Positions 39,066-50,426 of a stretch of DNA of 64,000 nt are shown here, in pieces. The stretch spans positions 11,718,001-11,782,000 of the forward strand of contig NC_043022.1 in NCBI RefSeq assembly GCF_006345805.1, given 5' to 3'. The notes below the pieces were generated by a model. It was not told the origin of the DNA. It was given only the letters and a program-made list of their open reading frames with translations, and did no database searches. This stretch comes from Octopus sinensis (lineage: Eukaryota). Each line of letters opens with the position of its first letter. The stretch's first letter is position 1. Made by a program: the position numbers and the translations under genes.

Positions 39066-39133
39066 CTGAGGCACACCTGCTCCTATAATGGCCCCACTGT
39101 GAATCATTGGCCCTTCTTTACCGACAAACAAAC
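39066..39133 (-). CDS. CLCN6: ClC-6 chloride/proton exchanger, exon with gating glutamate (G)LFVGKEGPMIHSGAIIGAGVPQ
   Basis: ttttctag|..|gtaggt; 68 bp, phase 1 to 0; GKEGP motif; matches human ClC-6 GLFVGKEGPMIHSG..GAGLPQ. Confidence 0.96.
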
Positions 39134-39215
39134 CTAGAAAATAAACACAAAAGAGTTAATTGTCCTACGTGTGGAGGGGAGGCGTGTGTGTGCGTGTGTG
39201 TGCCTGTGTATGTCT

Positions 39216-39438
<223 letters not shown>

Positions 39439-39679
39439 TGTTAGTACTTAAGGCCACATTGGCGGGTAAATACTTTCTTTATTTGTCTACTTTCAATACT
39501 ACCTTAGGTTTCATGCCCTATAATTCGCAATTTTCAAGTTTTCTGGAAATCGGTTTCCATTTTAGATTTGGCTATCGAATTCAAAATGAGAGAGATTACC
39601 ATCATTCTTAAGTCGAACACTTGAAAATTTTGAATAATATAACACACGAAACCTAAGGAAGTGTTGAAAATCCACAAGA

Positions 39680-39902
39680 ACACACACACACACACACATC
39701 ACAAACATACATACATACACACATACATACATACATACATACATACATACATACATACACACATACATACATACATACATACATACATACACACATACAT
39801 ACATACATACATACATACATACATACATACATACATACATACATACATACATACATACATACACACATACATACATACATACATACACACATACATACAT
39901 AC

Positions 39903-39935
<33 letters not shown>

Positions 39936-40121
39936 CATACATACACACATACATACATACATATATACATACATACACACTACATACATACATACATACA
40001 TACATACATACACACATACATACAAATACATCATACATACATACATACATACATACATACATACATACATCATACCACATACATACCACATACATACAAT
40101 ACACACCTACTACTACATAAA

Positions 40122-40153
<32 letters not shown>

Positions 40154-40646
40154 ACATACATACACACATACATACTACATACACACACACATACATACTA
40201 CATACATCATACATACATACATACATACATACACACATACCTACATCCATACATACAACATACATACATACATACAATATACATAATACATACATACATA
40301 CATACCACATTACACACATACATACATACATACATACATACATACATACATACATACAACATACATACACATACATAACATACAGCATACATACATACAT
40401 ACATACTTACATACATACATACATACATACATGCATACATACATACATACATACATACATACATACATACATACATACATACATAACACATACATACATA
40501 CATACATACATACATCATACATACATACAACTACATACTATACTACATACATCCATACATACCTACATACACTACATACTTACTACATACATACATACAT
40601 ACATACATACATACATACATACATACATACATACATACATACATAC

Positions 40647-40677
<31 letters not shown>

Positions 40678-40798
40678 CATACATACATACATACATACAT
40701 ACATACTTACATACATACATACACACATACATACATACATACATACATACATACATACATACATACATACATACATACTTACATACATACATACATAC

Positions 40799-40829
<31 letters not shown>

Positions 40830-40958
40830 CATACATACATACATGCATACATACATACATACATACATACATACATACATACATACATACATGCATACAT
40901 ACATACATACATACTTACATACATACATACATACATACTTACATACATACATACATAC

Positions 40959-40989
<31 letters not shown>

Positions 40990-41082
40990 CATACATACAT
41001 ACATACATACATACATACATACATACTTACATACATACATACATACATACTTACATACATACATACATACTTACTACATACA

Positions 41083-41114
<32 letters not shown>

Positions 41115-41131
41115 CATACATACATACATAC
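39680..41131. repeat. ~1.45-kb imperfect (CATA)n microsatellite
   Basis: Visible directly; source of the HTYI/MYVC pseudo-ORFs. Confidence 0.97.
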
Positions 41132-41159
41132 AGAATTGATGAAAATACCAGTATCTTAC

Positions 41160-41286
41160 CTCCAGCCACACTAAACAACACTCCAATAGCCTTGGATAAC
41201 AAAGTCCTCAATCGTACAACTCGTGGGATTCGAACGCCGTTCAAATAACATTTGATTTCCGGTATTCCTGATCCTTTAGCAACGGG
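41160..41286 (-). CDS. CLCN6: ClC-6 exon [42 protein letters not shown]
   Basis: tttcag|..|gtaaga; 127 bp; GSGIPE selectivity motif; near-identical to human ClC-6 [32 protein letters not shown]. Confidence 0.97.
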
Positions 41287-41331
41287 CTGAAACCCAAAGT
41301 CAAAATACAATTTTAAAAAATACTTAACAGA

Positions 41332-41705
41332 CGCAGGAGTGGCTCTGTGGTAAGTAGCTTGCTTACCAGCCACATGGTTCCGGGTTCAGTCCCACTGTGT
41401 GACACCTTGGGCAAGTGTCTTCTACTATAGCCTCGAGCCGACCAAAGCCTCGTGAGTGGATCTGGTAGACGGAAACTGAAAGAAACCTTTTGTATTTTAT
41501 GTGTGTGTGTTTGTGTGTCTGTGTTTGTCCCCCCAACATCGCTTGACCACCGATGCTGGTGTGTTTACATCCCCGTGACTTAGCGGTTCTGCAAAAGAGG
41601 CCGATAGAATAAGTACTAGGCTTACAAAGAATAAGTCCCGGGGTCGAGTTGCTCGACTAAAGGCGGTGCTCCAGCATGGCCGCAGTGAAATGACTGAAAC
41701 TCATA
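41332..41705 (+). mobile_element. tRNA-derived SINE (Octopus OR/OK-like), near full length
   Basis: tRNA-like head with A/B boxes (gtggctctgtggtaag..ggttcagtccc), central (GT)n, tail ..ctccagcatggccgcag..tgactgaaac. Related copies at 43580-43915, 44020-44125, 48085-48180, 49260-49665, 52175-52320, 54885-55278. Confidence 0.85.
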
Positions 41706-41729
41706 AAAGAATATTTGCTCGAAAAGAAG

Positions 41730-41744
41730 AAAAAAGTTTAAAAA
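41730..41744 (-). terminator. Pol III oligo-T terminator of the tRNA
   Basis: T5 (plus 41740-41744) and T6 (plus 41730-41735) just downstream of the tRNA 3' end. Confidence 0.75.
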
Positions 41745-41750
41745 TAGATC

Positions 41751-41822
41751 TTCCCAAGCGGGGAATCGAACCCCGGCCGCCGCGGTGAGAGCGCGGAATC
41801 CTAACCACTAGACCACTTGGGA
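41751..41822 (-). tRNA. tRNA-Glu(CTC), intronic in CLCN6, same strand
   Basis: TCCCAAG TG GTCT AGTGGTT AGGA T T CCGCG CTCTCAC CGCGG CGGC CGGGG TTCGATT CCCCG CTTGGGA A; 72 nt; acceptor, anticodon and T stems fully paired; anticodon CTC. Confidence 0.93.
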
Positions 41823-42438
41823 CACCTATGAAGTAGTTGCTATTTAGTAATCTAATATTTTTATGATTTGTTATATTTACCTGACTCAAGTTAATTGAAG
41901 TAAATTGCTAGATTTTACGGTCGGTTGATTCTTATATTCTTGTGGGAAGATCTATTTTTAAACTTCCACTTTTTTCTTCTTTTCGAGCAAATATTCTTTT
42001 TATTGGCTTCAGCCATTGGACTGCGGCCATGCTGGAACACCACCTTTAGTCGGACAGATCGACCCCGCGACTTATTCTTTTACCCTTTTCATTCCCATCA
42101 ACGCTTGGATCGACCCCAGTACGCAACTGGTACTTATGGTCTTCAGATTATCAAATGTTGGCACGAAGCCAGCAAGTCGGGGGTAGTGGGTAAGTCGATT
42201 ATATATAATGCTAATCGACTGGCCCCCTGCCCCCAAAATTTCGTGCCTTGTGCCTAGAGTAGAAAAATATCGTCATAATCTAACTTCTTTTTTTTTTTAA
42301 TCCAAACTGAAGCCATTGATCCATTTTGAGTTACTTCCCTTGACCCATTAGAGCGCGTGTTGTTACACCGCATGCTTCTGTACTGCTATTACTGTTACTA
42401 CTGATTCTGTGTTGATGGGTTCTAAGGGTCGGACTTAC

Positions 42439-42545
42439 CTCGTAGAGTGTCAGACAGGAAGCTAAAGATACGAAGAGCACATCGAAGAGTAAGAGGTAGA
42501 CCAAGGATAAAGCCAGGCAGCCCTTCATACTGCACTCCTCTATTG
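42439..42545 (-). CDS. CLCN6: ClC-6 exon (S)IEECSMKGCLALSLVYLLLFDVLFVSLASCLTLYE
   Basis: tccag|..|gtaagt; 107 bp; matches human SVEECSQKGCLALSLLELLGFNLTFVFLASLLVLIE, which is diagnostic for ClC-6 over ClC-7. Confidence 0.95.
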
Positions 42546-43465
42546 CTGGACACATCGGGGTTAAGGACTATAACAGCAGTGGTGGTGGTGGTGGTGGTGG
42601 TGGTAGAGGCGGTAGTGGCGGTGGTGGTGGTGGTGGTGGTAGAGGCGGTAGTGGCGGTGGTTGCAATAGTTATTGTTGGTGGTGGTGGTGGTGGTGATGT
42701 GGTGGCGGCGGCGGTGGTAGGTGGTGGTGGTGGTGTGGTGGTGGTGGTGGCGGCGGCGGCGGTGGTAGTGGTGGTGGTTGCAATAGTTATGGTGGCGGCG
42801 GTGGTGGTAGTGGCGGTGGCGGTGGTAGTGGTGGTGGTTGTAATAGTTATGGTGGCGGTGGTGGTTGTGGTGGCAGTGGCGGCGGTGGTGGTGGTGGTGG
42901 TGGTGGTGGTGGTGGCGGCGGCGGCGGCGGTGGTGGTTGAGGTGGTGGTGGTGGTGGTGGCAGTGGCGGTGGCGGCGGCGGCGGCGGCGGCGGCGGTGGT
43001 GGTGGCGATGGTGGTAGTGGCGGCGGTGGTGGTAGTGGCGGCGGTGGTGGTAGTGGCGGCGGTGGTGGTAGTGCTATTAGTGATAGTAGTGGTAGTAGTG
43101 GGTTGCAGTATGGTACACACAGTGCGCTGTTTCAAAGGAGCAGATACGGGTTTATAGCAACGGTCGAACAACCAGAGGGAAATTACGTAAACATGCTGAC
43201 ATCCACCATCGATAACTAACCATGTTAAAACAGAGGAAGGGGACGGGAGTTCGAATAGCGTAAGAAGCAGCAGAAGTCAGTTTTGTTTTATAGGTTGTTG
43301 TTGCTGAGTTTTGGTTAGAGGGTAAGGTTTGTTTTTTTTTTATTATTATTTTTGTTTCAGAAGTAGGTAGAAATTCTTCTGCACTTTGCAGATCATTCTC
43401 TCGGGGTGGTCATATTGTGTTGGTTTATGTTCAAACAGATGTTTGAGGCGATAAATAAAGGATAC
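42546..43465 (-). other. CLCN6: U12-type (minor spliceosome) GT-AG intron, 920 bp
   Basis: 5' splice site GTATCCTTT; branch site TCCTTAAC at plus 42560-42567, 14 nt before the intron end. Confidence 0.9.
42577..43105. repeat. Compound (GGT)n/(GGC)n/(AGT)n trinucleotide tract
   Basis: Visible directly; source of the poly-T/A and poly-V pseudo-ORFs. Confidence 0.95.
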
Positions 43466-43532
43466 ATTTGTTGATGGTCGAAAACTTCCAGGAATTCAGC
43501 AATTTCACAATGCTGTCGATGAAGAGAGCGAC
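43466..43532 (-). CDS. CLCN6: ClC-6 exon VALFIDSIVKLLNSWKFSTINK
   Basis: ttccag|..|gtatcc; 67 bp, phase 0 to 1; homologous to human VGLFVDFFVRLFTQLKFGVVQT. Confidence 0.92.
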
Positions 43533-43579
43533 CTGGAAGTAATAAGAAAAACAATAAAAACAAAAACGGATTCGTTTTC

Positions 43580-43763
43580 TCTTTTACTTGTTTCAGTCGT
43601 TTGACTGCGGCCATGCTGGAGCACCGCCTTTAGTCGAGCAAATCGACCCCAGCCTAGTACTTATTCTATTGGTCTTTTTTGCCGAGCCGCTAAATTACGG
43701 GGACGTAAACACACCAGCATCGGTTGTCAAGCGATGTTGGGGGGACAAACACAGACACACAAA

Positions 43764-43801
<38 letters not shown>

Positions 43802-43915
43802 TACGACGGGCTTCTTTCAGTTTCCGTCTACCAAATCCACTCACAAGGCTTTGGTTGGCCCGAGGCTATAGTAGAAGACACTTGCCCAAGGTACCACGAA
43901 GTGGGACTGAACCCG
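43580..43915 (-). mobile_element. tRNA-derived SINE copy
   Basis: Reverse complement of 41332-41705. Confidence 0.85.
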
Positions 43916-44285
43916 GTAAGGAAGCTTACGATTGTGAACCAAATACTCTGGCCAGTAAACCATATGCTTTCACTTTATACACACACACACACGCGCGCGT
44001 ATATATACACACACCTATATGCTAGGCTTACAAAGAATAAGTTCTGGGGTCGATTTGCCCGACTAAAGGCGGTGCTCCAGCATGGCTGCAGTCAAATGAC
44101 TGAAACAAGTAAAAGAGTAAAAGAGTATATAAAAACAACTCAACAATAAGCTGAAGGTTTACTCAGAACATTTAAGTGGATTACTTTTAACAAGGGAAAC
44201 GTTGACAGGGACTTCGAAGTTTTGGCTCACTCGCCTTGAAATGAAGGCGAATGAGCCAAAACATACCATCAACCATCCTACTTAC

Positions 44286-44351
44286 CATTGCTGTCAGAAA
44301 GCCAACGAAAAATGTGACGACCCATTTCACGAGTTCGATTCTTACTTCCGG
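44286..44351 (-). CDS. CLCN6: ClC-6 exon PEVRIELVKWVVTFFVGFLTAM
   Basis: ttgcag|..|gtaag; 66 bp; homologous to KGRRYEAVKWMVVFAIGVCTGL. Confidence 0.92.
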
Positions 44352-44557
44352 CTGCAAAGAGATAAAGGCTAATTTAAAAGACTGAACTGCACAATATTCG
44401 TACTGCAACACATTTGCATTGGTCTCTGCTGTATTATGTGTTGTGTTGCATTGCACGGAATGTGGCAACCAAAAGAGAACCTCGCAGAACCAGCGTTCCT
44501 GATAAACGTTACGACCGCAAATGCAAGGCGGGGATCAGTTCAAATCACAATGGAGGA

Positions 44558-44558
44558 G

Positions 44559-44635
<77 letters not shown>

Positions 44636-44663
44636 GGTGGTGGTGGTGGTAGTGGTGGTGGTG

Positions 44664-44721
<58 letters not shown>

Positions 44722-44763
44722 CAGCAGCAGCAGCATCCACAAAAAGTAGTAGTAGTAGTAGTA
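44558..44763. repeat. (TAG)n/(TGG)n trinucleotide tract
   Basis: Visible directly. Confidence 0.93.
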
Positions 44764-44780
44764 AGAGGTGGTGTACTCAC

Positions 44781-44849
44781 GAATCTTTTCTGTTTCTCCT
44801 GCAACATGGCTCGGTAGGGTTTGTTGAAACACCAATCGTAGTCGAGACT
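44781..44849 (-). CDS. CLCN6: ClC-6 exon [23 protein letters not shown]
   Basis: ccccag|..|gtgagt; 69 bp; SLDYD motif as in human SLDYDRCINDPY. Confidence 0.92.
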
Positions 44850-45209
44850 CTGGGGGTGGAAATAGAGAGCATTAGTGGGGTGGATGACTGGGTGGATTGG
44901 AGGATGGAGGGCTGAATGAGTGAGTGGATGGATGGATGGATGGATGGATGGATGGGTGGATGGATGGATGGGTGGATGGATGGATGGGTGGATGGATGGA
45001 TGGATGGTGAGGACCGGTTAGACAGATGGTTGGATGGATTGATGGATGGGTGAGTGGGTGGATGGAGGGATGAAACAGCAGGTGGGCTGATCAATAAGGG
45101 TACAGAAGCAAAATGGTTGGATGTGTAGTTGGAAAGGGTGGGTGGGTGGCTGGGCAGATAAATGGCTGGATGGATGAATGGACTGATTGACAGATAGCTG
45201 GATGGTTAG

Positions 45210-45248
<39 letters not shown>

Positions 45249-45476
45249 GCAGTTATCCTTTTGCATTCTAGATAGGAAAACAATAGCAATGACAACATCA
45301 ACAACAACAACAACAACTTCCATGATGCCAATAAGAGGAATGACTGGTGGTTACTTGACCTACAAAAAATAGCACCTAAATTCCTTCAACTCACAACTTA
45401 CCAATTCACAAAAAGGAAGGACACATTTGACAATGTAGTCCTTGATACAAAAAATGTAAAACCTGGTATGCAGAAA

Positions 45477-45567
45477 GGATGGATAGTCTAGGATGGATAG
45501 TCGAGGATGGATAGTCTAGGATGGATAGTCGAGGATGGATAGTCTAGGATGGATAGTCTAGGATGGA
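45477..45567. repeat. 14-bp minisatellite (GGATAGTC[T/G]AGGAT) x~6
   Basis: Visible directly. Confidence 0.88.
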
Positions 45568-46712
45568 ACAGCAGAGATCTTCTTAATCAGAGCTGGCTTC
45601 TCACTAAAAAACAACTAGCGCTCCATTAACCTTTCAGTAGAATAAGCATTTGTTTTGGGCCTCAAGGGAAGCGAGGCGACGTACCACAGAAATGGTAAAT
45701 GGTTCACACCACAAAAGAAATCACTTTAAACTTGCTAAAATAATACTAGTTTCAAATTTTGGCACAAGGCCAGCAATTACAAGGAAAGAGTTATGTTGAT
45801 TATATTGACCCCAGTGCTCAAGTGATATTTATTTCATCGACCCTGAAAGGATGAAAGGCAAAACCGACCTCGGTAGAATTTGAACTCAGAATGTAAAGTT
45901 GGACAAAATGCCGCTAACCATTTTGCCCAGCATGCAAACGATTCTACCTTAACTTGCAGAAGTAATATTCAAAGTGGTTTATATGATCGGAAATATGGTG
46001 TCGAAGAGTTCATGATGCCATAGGGAGTTTTTTATCAAAGACTTTGTGATTTAAAAGATGGTAGGGGAAAAGAATAAATTTTCAAATACAAAATGAAATT
46101 ATGCAAAAATAAATATTATTTCTCATTTTACTGATAGCTTTGTTTCATTTTGAAAACTAAAAATTCATTTTATGATCTGTTATTGTTTTTATTTTGTATT
46201 ACATATGTATGGAGGTACCAAGATCCTTTAAAGGTGTAGGGTTACTATGCATCTTAATCCAGCCCAGACAACAACAATAACAACAACATCAGCAACAATA
46301 ACAACAGTAGCAGCAGCAGTGGATGTGTCAGTTGCAGCAACAACAGCAATAATGACCAGGACAATAGTGACAACAACAATAATGATCCTTTTTTTTTTTT
46401 TAGTATAAGCACAAGGTCTGAAAAATTGAAGGGAAGGGGCAATAGATGGCATTGACACCAGTATCTGACTGGTACTTTAGTTTATCGATCCTGAAAGGAT
46501 AAAAGGCAAGGTCGACCTCGGAAAACATGTTGCTAAGCATTTTGTCCAGCATGCTAACGATTCTGCCATCATCATCATCAAAATTATCAACATCACCAAA
46601 ACCACCAGCATCATAGTTGCCATTGTCATCATCGTCACTACAAGCAGCAGCACAAACGCCTCCGCCACCACCACTGCAGCCACACCGTAATGACAGCTCC
46701 CCTAAAACTTAC

Positions 46713-46781
46713 CTCGTAGTCCTTGTTAGCCAAAGCGGGATCTTCATTCTGGGAGAGTTTCCTCAGCCGTAACAGGACATT
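46713..46781 (-). CDS. CLCN6: ClC-6 exon NVLLRLRKLSQNEDPALANKDYE
   Basis: ctttcag|..|gtaagt; 69 bp, phase 0; ends in KDYE like the human exon ending RKDYE that precedes SLDYD. Confidence 0.85.
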
Positions 46782-47027
46782 CTGAAAGAAGAGATGTTAT
46801 GAATGAGACTAATATACAACCATGTGTTTTATGTATGCATGGTGGGGGAGGGGAGAGTGAGTATAGGCATAACATGCATTAAGCACCTCTCCTCTCTCAT
46901 TCATCCAACATAAACCAACATATGCAGGGATAGATAGATAGATAGATAGATAGATAAAGAGAGGAGAGAGATAAACTGACAGAGATGTTTGTGTGAATAT
47001 ATATATATATATATATATATGGTGGTG

Positions 47028-47058
<31 letters not shown>

Positions 47059-47351
47059 TGGGTGGGAGTGTGTGGTGTGTGGTTTGTGTGGTGTGTGTGT
47101 GTGTGTGGTGTGTGTGTGTGTGTTGTGTGTGTGTGTGTGTGTGTGTGTGAATATATATACATATACATATATATATATATTCATATTCATATATATATAA
47201 TGAAATTATATAACGGGAAGCTTTATGAAAATAGACAAAACACGAAGGCAGGTTTACGGAAATAAACAAAAGACGAAGGCAGGTATATAATATACAATAT
47301 ATATATATATATATTCATATATATATACATATAAATATATATATATATATA

Positions 47352-47409
<58 letters not shown>

Positions 47410-47432
47410 TATATATACAATATACAAAATTT

Positions 47433-47980
47433 AGCTTCGTCTGGAAGCTGTTCAGCGATGTGCAACCCAAAGAATACCCTCCATCAGGCATTTGCCATAT
47501 CCTGAACGCCTTACTTCCCTGGGCATGGACACATTGAAACTCCGACGTCTGGCAGCTGACTTGGCAGATACCCATAAAATTATCAACCATCGCACAAACA
47601 ATAACTCTGAGCACCTCTTCAAAATCCACCCATCTAACACCCGTGGACATATTTACAAAGTAAGAAAACAGCACAGCTCCCATGACTTCAGGAAACATTT
47701 TTTCACGCTGAGAGTTGCTGAAGCGTGGAACAAACTGCCGGCATCGGTTGTTAGTTGTCGGAGCACTGCATCCTTCAAAACTTCCATGCTTCCTGAGATT
47801 CGCCAACGCTACACTTGATTTTCTCCCCTCCATACACACGCAAGCATGCATCTGACTCATACATTGTTTGCTTTCCAGACATTTGTACACTACTGCATGT
47901 ACTTTATATGCACTTTCTGACAAGTTGTGGTGCACCTGAGCACTGTATACAATAATTTTATTATTATTATTATTATTATT
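47433..47980 (+). mobile_element. CR1-clade LINE 3' fragment with (ATT)n tail
   Basis: LEAVQRCATQRIP..LPYPERLTSLGMDTLKLRRLAADL..RKHFFTLRVAEAWNKLP, a typical CR1 ORF2 C-terminus. Confidence 0.88.
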
Positions 47981-48942
47981 AAGAGGAATGACCACTAAAG
48001 TGGACACCCTATATGCTAAACATAGACGTCAAATCACCATTACCATGAAGAATGTTTTTGAGAACGTTAGAATAAATACTAAGTTTACAAAGAATAAGTC
48101 CTGGGGTCGGTTTGCTCGACTAAAGGCGGTGCCCCAGCATGGCCGCTGTCAAATGACTGAAACAAGTAAGAGAGTAAAAGAGAGTATAATACACACATAC
48201 ACCTATGCCTTCCCAAATACTATTGCACTCCATTTTTTTAAAGCTCCGACGAAGCTATTAGGTGATACGCAAAAACTCAATTTTGAGCGCATTTCATCAT
48301 GTAGCAGAGACATCTGAAAACTAATGAAGTTCATTACATAATCCGTCGTTCACTTTTCATTACGCTCTGTGAGTGACTAGCTAATGAGGTTACTAGGGTC
48401 GCTATGCCCGAGCGAATATACATGAAACATAACTCTTCATAATCTTCAGAGGAGTTACTTCCCCTGAAAGAAAAACTTTTTTGCCGTTACATTTATTGAA
48501 CATTGGTTAAAATACATTACAACATATAGTTATGATCCTGAATGTTCTAGATTCAAATCCGTTGACGTCAGCATCACCTTTTATCCAACACGTCGAAAGC
48601 ATCAATGAAGTAGCCCCGATAAAATTACTGGTACTCATTGATTTAAGTAACTACACACCTCCACCGAAAATGGATAGTGTTGAGACTATTAACACATCTT
48701 CCTTTAAATCTGCCGGCACCCATCACTTCAGCAATGTCTATATTCTTCGAAAGTTTCAATCATCAGGACTTGCTGTATTTATTTCCCATTATAGCGTGAA
48801 GGTAGCCGTATGATGGCTACCTCTTATGTGTTTAAACATACACTGTATTTATGTGAATAATATATAGTCTATTGACTAAATTTTTACACTCTAGGCCACT
48901 GGTAGTAAATATTTCTAAAATCTTTATTACCCTCTGATATTA

Positions 48943-48988
<46 letters not shown>

Positions 48989-49259
48989 TACCATCTGAGA
49001 AAGTTGGAGACCTGAGAAAGTAAGGTATCTGTCAAACATATTTTGTATCAGAAATAAATATATTCTATACCTGTGAGTATATACACCTATGTGTGGATGA
49101 GTGTGTTTGCGTATATCTCCCCATGCTCATATATATATATATATAAGGATAGAGAGTGTCCTGCCATGCTGTGTTTCTCAATATATACATATGTTAAACA
49201 CATTTTTATATACAAAAATGTATCCATAGATACACACACATATACTCTCTCTCTTTTTT

Positions 49260-49665
49260 ACTCTTTTTACTTGTTTCAGTCATTTGACTGTGGCCATGCT
49301 GGAGCACCGCCTTTTAGTCGAGCAAATCAACCCCAGGACTTATTCCTTGTAAGCCTAATACTTATTCGATCAGTCTCTTTTGCCAAACCGCCAAGTTACG
49401 GGGACGTAAACACACCAGCATCGGTTGTCACACGATGTTGTGGGGACAAATACAGACACACAAACATAAACACACTCACACACATATATATGTATATATA
49501 TGTACACATATATACGACGGGCTTCTTTCAGTTTCCGTCTACCAAATCCACTCACAAGGCTTTGGTCAGCCTGAGGCTATAGTAGAAGACACTTGCCCAA
49601 GGTGCCACGTAGTGGGACTGAACCCGGAACCATGTGGTTGGTAAACAAGCTACTTAACACACAGC
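49260..49665 (-). mobile_element. tRNA-derived SINE copy
   Basis: Same family as 41332-41705, reversed. Confidence 0.85.
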
Positions 49666-50022
49666 CACTCCTACATACACACACATATATACAAACACAA
49701 GAATAAATACATACACACACATACACGCATATATATCTATACATATATGTATGCTCACACACATACATATATATACACACACACGCATATATATATACAC
49801 ATAGACACATATCCACACGCATATACACATACACACACACACACATAGATACACACATATTTAGACACATGGATATGCCAGACATTCATATAAAAATAGG
49901 AGTTTGTGTGTGTATACATATACATACACGTGTGTATATATATATATATATGTTTGTATGTATATATTATATGTATGTGCCTGTGTGTATGTATATATAT
50001 ATATATGTGTGTAACTACTCAC

Positions 50023-50091
50023 CATGTCACAGTTAATACTGTAATCGTATATTCCCATCGATTCTTCATTTTCTTGGCTCGTGAGAGACAT
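50023..50091 (-). CDS. CLCN6: Probable first coding exon of ClC-6, MSLTSQENEESMGIYDYSINCDM
   Basis: aaaATG context; strong donor atg|gtgagt in phase 0, compatible with the next exon; possible acceptor tttacag| at 50105. No sequence homology support. Confidence 0.55.
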
Positions 50092-50122
50092 TTTGATGTC
50101 TGGACTGTAAATGTATACCTTG

Positions 50123-50154
<32 letters not shown>

Positions 50155-50366
50155 GCATGCACGCACACACATACACACACACACAGTGAAAGATAACGAG
50201 ATGTGTTCTACATTGTTGTTAGCTTTTCCTGAGATAGCAGCCAAATCTTCCTTAAATGTCGTTCTCTTATGTCTTATATATGCACGTATCTGTGTGTGTA
50301 TATGTGTATATATATATACAAAATTTTTTATACATATATATGTGCATGTATATATAAATTATACTC

Positions 50367-50426
<60 letters not shown>

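Noticed and set aside
39562-41186. Long ORFs of HTYI/MYVC repeats (up to 492 aa)
   Set aside because: These are translations of the (CATA)n microsatellite.
41332-41410. tRNA-like heads of SINEs (also ~49590-49665, 55200-55278, 62016-62090) as tRNA genes
   Set aside because: The stems do not close into a cloverleaf, and the sequences continue directly into SINE bodies.
42422-43171. Thr/Ala-rich mucin-like and poly-Val ORFs
   Set aside because: These are translations of a trinucleotide tract that lies inside a well-defined CLCN6 intron.
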